The position numbers were made by a program, and so were the translations under genes. A DNA stretch of 64,000 nt from an uncultured Chloroflexia bacterium. GTDB taxonomy: Bacteria > Chloroflexota > Limnocylindria > Limnocylindrales > CSP1-4. The stretch covers positions 1,975,082 to 2,039,081 of the forward strand of contig CAWEZH010000002.1 in the NCBI GenBank assembly GCA_963813535.1, given 5' to 3'. A model generated the notes under the pieces. It was not told the origin of the DNA, did not search any database, and saw only the letters and a list, made by a program, of their open reading frames with translations. Positions 1 through 9,048 of this stretch are shown one piece after another. Position 1 is the first letter of the stretch. The number at the start of each line of letters is the position of its first letter.

Positions 1-1
1 G

Positions 2-256
2 GGCGGCGAGAACCGGCTGACCGGCACCGTCGAGGAAGTGAGCTTCCTGGGGTCCATCGTCAGGACCCGCATCCGGCTGCCCGATGACACCTCGATGCTC
101 TCGCTCGATACGTTCAACGACCCCAACGTCGCGGCACCCGCCATCGACGCCGAGGTCACGGTCTCATTCCCGCCGGAAGCCTGCCTGGTGATCGCCCGCG
201 AGGCCGCGCCGGAACCGTCGCCTGACGCGCTGGCCGCCGCGGAGGCGTTGCTGTAG
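2..256 (+). CDS. 3' end of ABC transporter ATP-binding subunit (TOBE domain, PotA/MalK-like), truncated by window edge
   Basis: Frame 2 is open from the window start and reads NRLTGTVEEVSFLGSIVRTRIRL...VTVSFPPEACLV, typical of a TOBE domain; ends in TAG. Confidence 0.7.
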   Translation, partial: GGENRLTGTVEEVSFLGSIVRTRIRLPDDTSMLSLDTFNDPNVAAPAIDAEVTVSFPPEACLVIAREAAPEPSPDALAAAEALL

Positions 257-981
257 CCGCGAGCGGCGGGCCGGTCGACCTGATCGGCATCGAGGCCGTC
301 ATCTTCGACAAGGACGGCACGCTGATCGACTTCGACGCGATGTGGGGCGGCTGGGCGATGGGGCTTGGCCAACGCCTGGACGCCGTCATCCGGCGGCCCG
401 TGTCTCCCGACGTCTTCGCGACGATCGGCTTCGACCCATCGAGTGGACGTGTCTCCCCCGGCGGGCCGCTGGCGACGGCGACGATGGCGGGCATCGAGGA
501 GACCGTGGCCCGCGTCCTTCGCCGATGGTGCCCCAGCATCGCCGCCGCTCGACGAGCGACGGCGGAGGCCTGGTCGGTGCCGGACCCGGCCACGCTGGCG
601 GTCCCACTGGCCGATCTCGCCACCCTCTTCGGGCGGCTGCGCTCCGAAGGGCGTCGGATCGCCGTCGTGACCACCGACGACCGCGCACCGACCGATGCCA
701 CACTCCGCGCCCTGGGCGTCAGGTCGGACGTCGAGGCGATGGTCTGCGGCGACGATGGGTTCGCCGTGAAACCGGCACCCGACGCGGTGATCGCGGTCTG
801 TCACGCGTTCCGGACCGAACCGGACCGCGTGGCCGTGATCGGTGACACGCCAAGCGACGTGGCGATGGCCCGGGCTGCCGGCGCGGGCCTGGTGGTGGGG
901 GTGCGCAGCGGCGTGGGATCGGAAGCCGATCTCGCCGCAGCGGATGTGGTCATCGATTCGGTGGCCTCGCTGCTGGCCTGA
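253..981 (+). CDS. HAD-family hydrolase/phosphatase
   Basis: Motif I (AVIFDKDGTL) lies in frame upstream of the track ATG at 340; KPAPD and IGDTPSDV motifs present. Start uncertain (GTA at 253 or CTG at 280). Confidence 0.85.
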   Translation, partial: VAASGGPVDLIGIEAVIFDKDGTLIDFDAMWGGWAMGLGQRLDAVIRRPVSPDVFATIGFDPSSGRVSPGGPLATATMAGIEETVARVLRRWCPSIAAARRATAEAWSVPDPATLAVPLADLATLFGRLRSEGRRIAVVTTDDRAPTDATLRALGVRSDVEAMVCGDDGFAVKPAPDAVIAVCHAFRTEPDRVAVIGDTPSDVAMARAAGAGLVVGVRSGVGSEADLAAADVVIDSVASLLA

Positions 982-1098
982 CCATCCCGTACGAGTGGGC
1001 TATCGCCCGTGATCATGCCGGACCGTACCGTCGGGTGAGCCGTCCGAGCTGCGGACGGTCGGGCCCTGCCCGCCACCAGGAGGTCGTGCGCGAACCGT

Positions 1099-4000
1099 AT
1101 GCCCACCGAGCCCCGGCACCCCGCCGATCGACGCCGCGTGGCACCCCGCCGTACTTCGGCCGGCGAGCATCCGGCGACCGCCGATCCCACGCGGGCCGAT
1201 GCGCTCGGCCGGATCGCCGCCAAGGTCAGTGGCCGGCGTGCCCTGACCGGGCTCTTCGACGACATCATCGACGAAGCCTTCGCGCTGTTCGGCGTCGATC
1301 GTGCCGGCCTGTGGACGTACGACGCGACCGCCGAGCGCCCGCTGTCGCTCGCGGCGCAGCGCGGCCTCCCGCAGATCATCATCGATACGATCGTGTCGTT
1401 GCGAGGCGACGTCAGGACGGCGGGGATGGATGCCCTTCGGACCCGCCGGGTCCGCGTCCTCGATCGACAGATGCGGTCCACGACCGCATCACTTCGTGAG
1501 GTGTACCGATCGATCGGTGTCGGGTCGGTGTGCTTCGTGCCGCTCGTGTACGGCGATGACGTGCTCGGCCTGCTCGCGCTGTACCACCGCGAGACGTACG
1601 GCTGGACGCCCTCGGAGCGCGCGCTTGCCCGGGCGTTCGGCGATCACATGGCGACGGCGATCGGCACGGCTCGGCTCGCGGACTCTCGCCGTGGGCTCGC
1701 GGATCGGCTCTCGTCGATCGCGGAGTTGGCCGGTCGGCTGAGCGGCCTCCACGACCAGGCATCGATCGCCGCCGCCATCGTCGAGGAGGCCAAGCGGCTC
1801 ATCGAGCACGACACGATCCGCGTGTACCGGGTCGATCGGACGACAGGGATGTGCGAGCCCATCGCGTTCGAGGGCACGTTCCTCGGTACGACCGAGCCCG
1901 ACATGGAGACCCTGCGCATGCCCATCGGCCAGGGCCTGACGGGCTGGGTCGCCCAGCACGGTCGACCGCTGCGGCTCGACGAGGCGACCGCCGACCCGCG
2001 CGTCGTGGTCGTCGGCGACCGGCGTCCCGAGTCGATGCTCATCGTCCCGATGGTCCAGGAAGAGATCGTCCGCGGCGTGATCGTCGTGTCCGCGATGGGG
2101 ACGGGCCGTTTCGACGGCGACGACGAGGTGACGCTGACCATCTTCGCCGCCGCCGCGGTCCAGGCCCTGATCAATGCCGAGAACGTGCAGCGATTGCGGC
2201 GCCAGCAGGACGAGCTGGAGCTCCAGCTCGAAGGCCAGCGCCGCCTCCTCGATGTCAACGAGCGACTGCTGTCCACGCTGGAGCCGGCGGGTGTCCTGGA
2301 GCTGATCGCCGACTCGTTGCGGGCCATCGTCCCGTACGACTCGCTGAGCATCTACCGCGCCGACCGCGAGGCCGGCGTCCGGCGGGCCGTCATCGCCCGC
2401 GACAGGTTCGCCGACGAGATCATGGCCGACGCGAGTCCGATCGGGCTCGGGATCACGGGCTGGGCCATCGAGCACGGTGAGGCCGTGCTCTCCAACGAGG
2501 CGCACACCGATCCGCGGTCGATCCAGGTCCCCGGCACGCCGTTCGAACCCGAGTCGATCATGGTGGTGCCCCTGTTCGTCAACGGCGAGACGATCGGCAC
2601 GCTCAACGTCGGGCGCATCGGCGGGGTCGAGGCACACTTCACGCCGAACGAGTTCGAGCTCACGAAGCTCTTCGCGGGACAGGCATCGATCGCGATGCAG
2701 AACGCCCAGACGCATCGCGAGGTCCGGGTCCGCGCCGAGCAGGACGCCCTGACCGGTCTGCGCAATCACGGCGCGTTCCAACGGGAGCTTGGCGCGGCTG
2801 TGGAGGGCGGACGGCCGTTCGCCGTCCTGATGCTCGACCTCGACGCCTTCAAGCGCTTCAACGACGCCAACGGCCATCCCGCGGGCGACGGGCTGCTGGT
2901 CGAGATCGCCGCGGGGATGACGCGCGCCACCCGCGAGACTGACCGGCTCTATCGGTACGGCGGCGATGAGTTCGCCGCGCTCCTGCCTGGCGCGGATCGG
3001 GTCGTCGCCCACGAGGTCGCAGAGCGCATCCGGCGTGCCGTCCGGGAGCGGACCGCCGCCAAGGCCGGACTCGACGGTCTTGCCGTATCGATCAGCGCCG
3101 GCGTCGCGTGCTACCCGGAGGACGGCCGCACGAAGGACGAACTCGTGGCTGTCGCCGACCGGGCGCTCTATCTCGTGAAGTCGCCCGACAGTCGTCAGCC
3201 CGATGCCGGCCTGGCCGACCCGTATCTCCGCGCGCTCGACGAGACCGCCCTCGCGCTGCTCGACCGGACCGACCACGACAGCCTCCTCGGGACCATCCTT
3301 GCCCGTGCATCGGCGCTGCTCGGGACGCCGCACGCCTGGATCGACCTCCTCGAGGCTGACGGCAGCAGGCTCGAGCTGCGCGTCGGCACGGGTCTCTTCG
3401 CCGACCTCCAAGGCTCGTGCATGAGCGCGAGCGAGGGCCTCGCGGGTGCGATCAGCGAGACCGGCCAGGCCATCACGGTCGATGACTACGATCAGTGGGC
3501 GGGCCGCCCCGCCAACCCGCAGGTCGGTCTGGGTGCCACGATCGCGGCACCACTCAAGTCGGCCGGCCGCGTGGTCGGGGTGCTCGGGCTCGCCGCCGGC
3601 GGCGCACCGCGGCACTGGACCGAGCGGGACAAGGAGGCGCTGACGAGCTTCGCCCGACTGGCGTCGATCGCGCTCGAGAACGCCCGCCTCGTCGATGTCG
3701 CGCAGCGCGGCGCCCTCTACGACCATACGACCGGTCTGCCGAATCGCGAGCTGCTCACCGACCGGATCGCGCACGCGCTGGCGGGTCATCTCGTCGATGG
3801 CGACAGCTCCATCGCGGTCATCCTCCTCGACCTCGATCGCTTCAAGGTCGTCAACGAGACGCTCGGCCATATGGCCGGGGACCGGTTGCTGATGGCGGTC
3901 GGGCAGCGTCTCGTCCACAGCCTGCGGCCCACAGACACCGTCGCTCGCTTCGGCGGTGACGAGTTCGCCCTCGTCCTCGACCCGGTGACGGACGCTGCGG

Positions 4001-5067
4001 AGGCGCACGACATCGCAAGCCGTATCTCGCAGGAGCTCGGTGAACCATTCCCGCTCAATGGTCGTGACTGGTTCCTCACCGCGTCGATCGGCATCGCGCT
4101 CGCCGGGCCGGGTCGCGGCACACCCGACGAGCTGTTGCGTGAGGCCGAGATCGCGATGGTCCGGGCGAAGGGCGACGCCTCCCACCGCCACTTCCTGTTC
4201 GAGCCGTCGATGAGCGATCAGACGCTCGAGCGACTCGACCTCGAGAACGATCTTCGACGGGCGCTCGCGCGCGACGAGCTCCTCATCCAGTACCAGCCGA
4301 TCGTGACCCTGGCGACCGGCGAGATCGTCGGCTTCGAGGCGTTGGTCCGGTGGCAGCACCCGACCCGTGGTCTCGTGCCGCCGCTGGCCTTCATCCCGAT
4401 GGCCGAGGAGACGGGGCTGATCGTGCCGCTCGGTCGGTGGGTGCTGGACGCCGCCTGCCGGCAGGCGGCGGTATGGAACGCGCCCGAGTCGCGCCGGGGT
4501 GCGTCACGCCTGTTCGTGTCGGTCAACCTGTCCGCGCGCCAGTTCACCCAGAACGACCTCATCGACGACGTGGGCTCGACGCTGGCGCGGACGGGCCTCG
4601 AGGCGGAAGCACTCGAGCTGGAGATCACCGAGAGCGTCCTGATGGATCAGTCGGAGGCCGGTATCCGCGCGCTCCGAGATATCCGCGGTCTCGGCGTCCG
4701 CCTCGTCCTCGACGACTTCGGCACGGGCTACTCCTCGCTGTCGTACCTGAAGCACCTGCCGCTCGACACGATCAAGATCGATCGCACGTTCGTGGCCGGT
4801 ATCGAGGAACCGGCCGACCGATCGATCGTCGAGGCCGTCATCTCGCTCGCACATGGGCTCGGGATCGGTGTCGTGGCCGAGGGCATCGAGAGCGAGTCGC
4901 AGGCCGACAGACTGCGCGAGATGGGTTGTGACCTCGGCCAGGGCTACCTGTTCAGCCGGCCGGTATCGGCCGAGCGCACCTTCGAGCTCCTGCGTGACCG
5001 ATCCCGGGCGGCGCGGTCGATGCGCGCGAAGTCAGGCCGTTCGCGGACGCTCCGCCGGGTCGTCTAG
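1099..5067 (+). CDS. Multi-GAF diguanylate cyclase/phosphodiesterase (GAF-GAF-GAF-GGDEF-GAF-GGDEF-EAL)
   Basis: RYGGDEF and RFGGDEF motifs, FEALVRW and DDFGTGYSS EAL motifs, and GAF-type GLTGW/LIVPM repeats. Confidence 0.92.
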   Translation: MPTEPRHPADRRRVAPRRTSAGEHPATADPTRADALGRIAAKVSGRRALTGLFDDIIDEAFALFGVDRAGLWTYDATAERPLSLAAQRGLPQIIIDTIVSLRGDVRTAGMDALRTRRVRVLDRQMRSTTASLREVYRSIGVGSVCFVPLVYGDDVLGLLALYHRETYGWTPSERALARAFGDHMATAIGTARLADSRRGLADRLSSIAELAGRLSGLHDQASIAAAIVEEAKRLIEHDTIRVYRVDRTTGMCEPIAFEGTFLGTTEPDMETLRMPIGQGLTGWVAQHGRPLRLDEATADPRVVVVGDRRPESMLIVPMVQEEIVRGVIVVSAMGTGRFDGDDEVTLTIFAAAAVQALINAENVQRLRRQQDELELQLEGQRRLLDVNERLLSTLEPAGVLELIADSLRAIVPYDSLSIYRADREAGVRRAVIARDRFADEIMADASPIGLGITGWAIEHGEAVLSNEAHTDPRSIQVPGTPFEPESIMVVPLFVNGETIGTLNVGRIGGVEAHFTPNEFELTKLFAGQASIAMQNAQTHREVRVRAEQDALTGLRNHGAFQRELGAAVEGGRPFAVLMLDLDAFKRFNDANGHPAGDGLLVEIAAGMTRATRETDRLYRYGGDEFAALLPGADRVVAHEVAERIRRAVRERTAAKAGLDGLAVSISAGVACYPEDGRTKDELVAVADRALYLVKSPDSRQPDAGLADPYLRALDETALALLDRTDHDSLLGTILARASALLGTPHAWIDLLEADGSRLELRVGTGLFADLQGSCMSASEGLAGAISETGQAITVDDYDQWAGRPANPQVGLGATIAAPLKSAGRVVGVLGLAAGGAPRHWTERDKEALTSFARLASIALENARLVDVAQRGALYDHTTGLPNRELLTDRIAHALAGHLVDGDSSIAVILLDLDRFKVVNETLGHMAGDRLLMAVGQRLVHSLRPTDTVARFGGDEFALVLDPVTDAAEAHDIASRISQELGEPFPLNGRDWFLTASIGIALAGPGRGTPDELLREAEIAMVRAKGDASHRHFLFEPSMSDQTLERLDLENDLRRALARDELLIQYQPIVTLATGEIVGFEALVRWQHPTRGLVPPLAFIPMAEETGLIVPLGRWVLDAACRQAAVWNAPESRRGASRLFVSVNLSARQFTQNDLIDDVGSTLARTGLEAEALELEITESVLMDQSEAGIRALRDIRGLGVRLVLDDFGTGYSSLSYLKHLPLDTIKIDRTFVAGIEEPADRSIVEAVISLAHGLGIGVVAEGIESESQADRLREMGCDLGQGYLFSRPVSAERTFELLRDRSRAARSMRAKSGRSRTLRRVV

Positions 5068-5077
5068 GGCAGGGTCG

Positions 5078-5818
5078 CTAGTCGCGTGCGCCGAACAGGC
5101 GCAGCATGAACAGGAACAGGTTCACGAAATCGAGGTAGAGGTTCAGCGCGCCCATGACGGCCGCCTTCTCCGTCGACCCGGTGTAGACGACGAGATCCCC
5201 GTTCTGGATCCGCTGCACGTCCCACGCGGTGAGGCCGGTGAAGAGCACGACCCCGACGATCGAGATCACGAACGACGCCGCGTCGCTCCGAAGGAACAGG
5301 TTGATCACGATCGCGACGAGCAGGCCGAACAGCGCCATGTACAGGAGGCTGCCGATCCGAGCGAGCGAGCGCTTCGTGACATGGCCGTAGATCGCCGCGC
5401 CGGCGAACATCGCTGAGGCGGAGACGAAGGCCGACACGACCGAGGCCCCGGTGTATGCCGTGACGATCAGGCCGATCACCAATCCCAGCGAGGCGGCGTA
5501 GACGAAGAACACACCGAGCGCCAAAGTCGCGCTCATCCGGCGGATCCCGAAGCCGATCGCCATCACCAGGGCGAACTGGGCGATGATCAGGATGAAGAGG
5601 TTGCTCTCGGCGAACTGCAGCAGCCGCTCGTTGCCTTGCACGACGAAGGCAACCAGGGCCGTCACGGCCAGGCCGACGAACATCCACAGGAATGCCTGGG
5701 ACAGGATCGCCTGCTGTGTTCGGGCGTCGATGCGGACCGGCGCTTCGCCGGTCGTCGCGACCGGGCTCGTCGCCGCGGACGGTGCGACGTAGGGATTGGT
5801 GGGTCGCGGATCGCTCAC
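5078..5818 (-). CDS. Bax inhibitor-1/YccA family membrane protein
   Basis: About 7 TM segments; C-terminal GALNLYLDFVNLFLFMLRLFG signature. Confidence 0.92.
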   Translation of the reverse strand: MSDPRPTNPYVAPSAATSPVATTGEAPVRIDARTQQAILSQAFLWMFVGLAVTALVAFVVQGNERLLQFAESNLFILIIAQFALVMAIGFGIRRMSATLALGVFFVYAASLGLVIGLIVTAYTGASVVSAFVSASAMFAGAAIYGHVTKRSLARIGSLLYMALFGLLVAIVINLFLRSDAASFVISIVGVVLFTGLTAWDVQRIQNGDLVVYTGSTEKAAVMGALNLYLDFVNLFLFMLRLFGARD

Positions 5819-5854
5819 GATGCGTTGCTCCTCAACTACCGACGGTCGTCGGGC

Positions 5855-6229
5855 TCACCACATCAAGCCGGCGTCGCGCGGATCCCAGCGCTCGGCCAGC
5901 AACGTGACCTTGACCTCGTGTTCCACGACCGACTCGACCTGCTCCTTGACCTGGGCGATCATCGAGCCGGCGTAGGGGCAGAACGGCGTGGTCAGGATCA
6001 TCTTGATCTCGGTCGAGTCGGGGCCGAGCAGGATCTGCTTGATGAGCGCCAGCTCCACGACATTCATGCCGATCTCGGGGTCGACGACGGCGCGCAGCGC
6101 GTCGAGGATCGCGAGCTCGGTCGCTCGCCGCTCGGGATCGAACGCCGGCGCGTCCGATGCGGGCGCATCGGCGGTCGCCGCCGCGGCGGTCGTCTCGGCG
6201 GTCGGTTCAGTGGTTCGTGTGTCGGTCAT
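5855..6229 (-). CDS. sufT: DUF59/SufT metal-sulfur cluster assembly factor
   Basis: LRAVVDPEIGMNVVELALI...LTTPFCP...W motif. Confidence 0.85.
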   Translation of the reverse strand: MTDTRTTEPTAETTAAAATADAPASDAPAFDPERRATELAILDALRAVVDPEIGMNVVELALIKQILLGPDSTEIKMILTTPFCPYAGSMIAQVKEQVESVVEHEVKVTLLAERWDPRDAGLMW

Positions 6230-6316
6230 GCGGGATGCGTTCTCCGGAAGGGTGCTTCGAACAGCGTAGCACCGTGTGCGAGAACGCCCTCGTGTGTGGC
6301 CAGTCCTGCGGCGGTG

Positions 6317-6634
6317 TCAGCCGGCCTTGATGACGATGCCCGGCAACCGGTACTGCGAGGGCAGGATGGCGGCCTCGGCCTCGCTGTAGCCGGGCCCGGC
6401 CAGTGAGCCATCGGGCTCGAAGAACTCGGCATATCGGTCGCGATGGGTGCTCGCGTACGTGAATGCCGCGGCGATGCCCACGGTCCGAAGCTCGGGATGG
6501 TCGGTCAGGATGCGCGCCAGATCGTAGCCATTCGCTCGCAGCTCGAGCAGCTGGCGGACGGTGAGCCGCGAGCCGTAACAGAACGGCTCGCCGTTCATCA
6601 CGAGTGGGTCCTGCTGGACCCACTTGACCGTCAC
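6317..6634 (-). CDS. DUF433 domain protein
   Basis: DPLVMNGEP...GSRLTVRQLLE...ILTDHPEL...IAAAFTY pattern. Confidence 0.8.
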   Translation of the reverse strand: MTVKWVQQDPLVMNGEPFCYGSRLTVRQLLELRANGYDLARILTDHPELRTVGIAAAFTYASTHRDRYAEFFEPDGSLAGPGYSEAEAAILPSQYRLPGIVIKAG

Positions 6635-6636
6635 GG

Positions 6637-7120
6637 TCAGCCGCCCTTGTAGATGAATTGCAGGAAGGCGTTGCGCTTGCGGGCGTCTCCGGCCAGGCGT
6701 CGATGCCAGCGGTACTGCGCGATCGCTGCGTCCACCGCTGTTTCGCCGTCGACGAGGGCCTGACCGTCGATGACCGACGGAAGCGCGGCGCGAAGTCCCT
6801 CACTGAGGTTGATCAGGTCATCGAGCGGGACCCGCTTGCGGCGGTAGACCGGGGCGGTCCAGTCGGCGTACTCGCGCGCCGGCGCCGGATCGCCGGCCCC
6901 GACGGATACGGCCACGCGCTCCGCGAGCAACGTGGCATCGAGCAGGCGCTGGCGCAGACCGATCTCGTCATTGCGTGTCCTGAGCGTCGGGTCGCGCTCG
7001 ATCGCGCTCTCCAGCGCGCGTGCCGCGAGCATCTCGGCCGCCGTCCTGGACATGACGAGCCGCGGCCGGCGAACCGGCGGTGAGATCGCGGGGTGGTCGT
7101 CCCAGACTGGGGTGGCTCAC
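6637..7120 (-). CDS. Hypothetical all-helical (globin/phycobiliprotein-fold-like) protein; probable +1 frameshift near 7054
   Basis: ORF 6637-7053, plus a GTG at 7120 six nt after a TAGACT -10 that reads MSHPSLGRPPRDLTAGSPAAAR one base out of frame. Confidence 0.55.
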
Positions 7121-7188
7121 GCCCGGAGTCTAGCGAACGGCGCCGGGGGTCGTCATCGTGCGTGCGGACACGCGGATACGATGGCGCG

Positions 7189-7683
7189 GTGGATGGACAG
7201 GGCGACCCCGAGGGCCCGGGCGAACGCCGGCTCGAGCGGCCGCCGTCGGACCGCTATCGGATGACCGACCAGCCCGCCGTGCCGCCCGTGGGCGGCGAGC
7301 CCGGCGCGGCCGAACAAGGATCGCCAACGCGCGCCTTCGTGACAGCGATCGCGGCGGCAGCCGGCGGTGGCCTCGTGATCACAGTGGCGGGTGGTCTCCT
7401 GACGATGACCGCCGGGCTCCTCGTCATCGCCGCACTGCTGGGCTGGGTGGTCGGCGCGCTGGTCGGGCTCGATGGGGGCGCGTCGTCGGATCGGCAGCGG
7501 CGCCGCGTGCTCGCGGCCGCACTGGCCATCGGCGGCGTCGCACTCGGTCAGGTCGGACTGTGGCTCGTCGCCCGCCAGGAGGGCGGCACCCTCGACCCCG
7601 TTGCATACCTCGCAGAGGTCTTTGGTGCCCTCGTGCCCCTCGAGGTCGCGCTGGCGGCGGGCTTCGCGTGGTGGCGGGCGTGA
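7189..7683 (+). CDS. Hypothetical membrane protein (about 4 TM)
   Basis: GTG six nt after TACGAT; hydrophobic segments; GTGA overlap with the next gene. Confidence 0.7.
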   Translation: MDGQGDPEGPGERRLERPPSDRYRMTDQPAVPPVGGEPGAAEQGSPTRAFVTAIAAAAGGGLVITVAGGLLTMTAGLLVIAALLGWVVGALVGLDGGASSDRQRRRVLAAALAIGGVALGQVGLWLVARQEGGTLDPVAYLAEVFGALVPLEVALAAGFAWWRA

Positions 7684-8177
7684 GCGAGCCCGTGGATCTG
7701 GCGTTCCGCAGACCCAGCGAGGCCGACCATGCGACGGTCGTCGGGCTGGTCGACGAGTGGTGGGACGGCCGCAGGATGCGGTCCTTGCTGCCGAGACTGT
7801 GGTTCCAGCACTTCGCCGGGACCTCGTGGATCGCGGAGGACGAAGCGGGCAAGCTGGCCGGGTTCGTCGTGGCGTTCATCAGCCAGGACGACCCGACCAC
7901 GGGATACGTCCATATGATCGCCGCCGACCCCAATCACCGCCGGGCCGGTATCGGGCGAGCCCTGTACGACCGCGTCTTCGAGGATCTCGCATCGCGCGGC
8001 GTCCACCGGGTCAAGGCCATCACCTGGCCGGGGAATCGCCAGAGCGTGGCCTTCCACCGCTCGATCGGGTTCCGCGTCGACGACGGACCCGGCACGCAGA
8101 ACCTGTACGGCACGCCGGCCTACGCCGACTACGACGGCGATGGCGACGATCGGGTCGTCTTCACGCGCGATCTCTGA
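7680..8177 (+). CDS. GNAT family N-acetyltransferase
   Basis: HRRAGIGRALY acetyl-CoA motif and NRQSVAFHRSIGF; GTG start overlaps the upstream TGA. Confidence 0.88.
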   Translation: MSEPVDLAFRRPSEADHATVVGLVDEWWDGRRMRSLLPRLWFQHFAGTSWIAEDEAGKLAGFVVAFISQDDPTTGYVHMIAADPNHRRAGIGRALYDRVFEDLASRGVHRVKAITWPGNRQSVAFHRSIGFRVDDGPGTQNLYGTPAYADYDGDGDDRVVFTRDL

Positions 8178-8292
8178 CCGGTCGCGGCAAGGCGGAGCGC
8201 GGTAGGGCCGAGCGCGGGAACCCGCTGGCGCGGAGCGGTGTAGAAGGGCGAGAAGGGTCCCACTGTCCGACCTGCCTCGGAAGGAGTCACCG

Positions 8293-9048
8293 ATGATCCG
8301 CAGGATCGCCGCCGTCGTCACCGCGACCGCCATGCTGCTCATCCTCGCCGTGCCGGTGATGGCCGGCGGCTGGGCGGAGATCGTGGCCGACGGCCAGACC
8401 ACCACCCCACGAGAGGGCGATCCGGTCGAGATCGGCTTCCGCGTCCTCCAGCATGGCGAGACGCCGGCGCCGTGGGAGGGAGCGACCGTCCATCTCACGA
8501 ATACCGGTACCGGCGAGACGTTCGATGTCATCGCCAAGAACGACCGCCCGGACGGTCACTTCGTGGCCACGACGACCGTCAAGGAGGCCGGCTTCTGGAG
8601 CTGGCAGGTCACGCTTGCCAACCTCGAGAGCGATCACCTACCGGTCCGCATGACCGTTCTCACCGCATCGGGTGCGACGCCGCCGGTCGACCCGTCCTCG
8701 ATCCTTGCCGCGGTCGACCGGGCCAAGAGCGACGTGACGACCAGCCTCGGCGAGCGGATCGGCACCGAAGTCCGGCGCCTCGAGGTCCAGGACGACTACT
8801 ACCGCACGCGGATCGACAACCTCGCGGCCCAGACCAGGGACCTGACCGCCCAGCGCGAAGCGCTGGAGGCTCGCGTCCAGGCGCTCGAGGGTGTCGGGGG
8901 GCTGCCCTTGCTGGCCGTCATCAGCCTGTCGGTCCTGGCCGGCTCGGCGGCCGGGTTCGCCATGGCATGGCTCGCCGGTCGGGCGTCGCGGCACGAGGGT
9001 CCCGCCGTGACGCTCAACCCCGCTCCGCGAGGAGTCGACCGGGTGTGA
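8293..9048 (+). CDS. Secreted/membrane-anchored protein (signal peptide, Ig-like domain, coiled coil, C-terminal TM)
   Basis: AAGGAG RBS; signal peptide ending VMA/GGW; heptad-like region; C-terminal hydrophobic helix. Confidence 0.7.
   Translation: MIRRIAAVVTATAMLLILAVPVMAGGWAEIVADGQTTTPREGDPVEIGFRVLQHGETPAPWEGATVHLTNTGTGETFDVIAKNDRPDGHFVATTTVKEAGFWSWQVTLANLESDHLPVRMTVLTASGATPPVDPSSILAAVDRAKSDVTTSLGERIGTEVRRLEVQDDYYRTRIDNLAAQTRDLTAQREALEARVQALEGVGGLPLLAVISLSVLAGSAAGFAMAWLAGRASRHEGPAVTLNPAPRGVDRV

Noticed and set aside
1489-4359. 956-aa minus-strand ORF and many other long overlapping ORFs in the track
   Set aside because: Antisense or alternative-frame shadows of real genes, expected at high GC; Arg/Pro-rich with no motifs.
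6317-6634. DUF433 as a toxin-antitoxin system
   Set aside because: No adjacent PIN-domain toxin gene.
8217-8242. ECF-like promoter GGAAC-N16-GTGTA upstream of the secreted protein
   Set aside because: Plausible, but a single weak match that cannot be supported from sequence alone.
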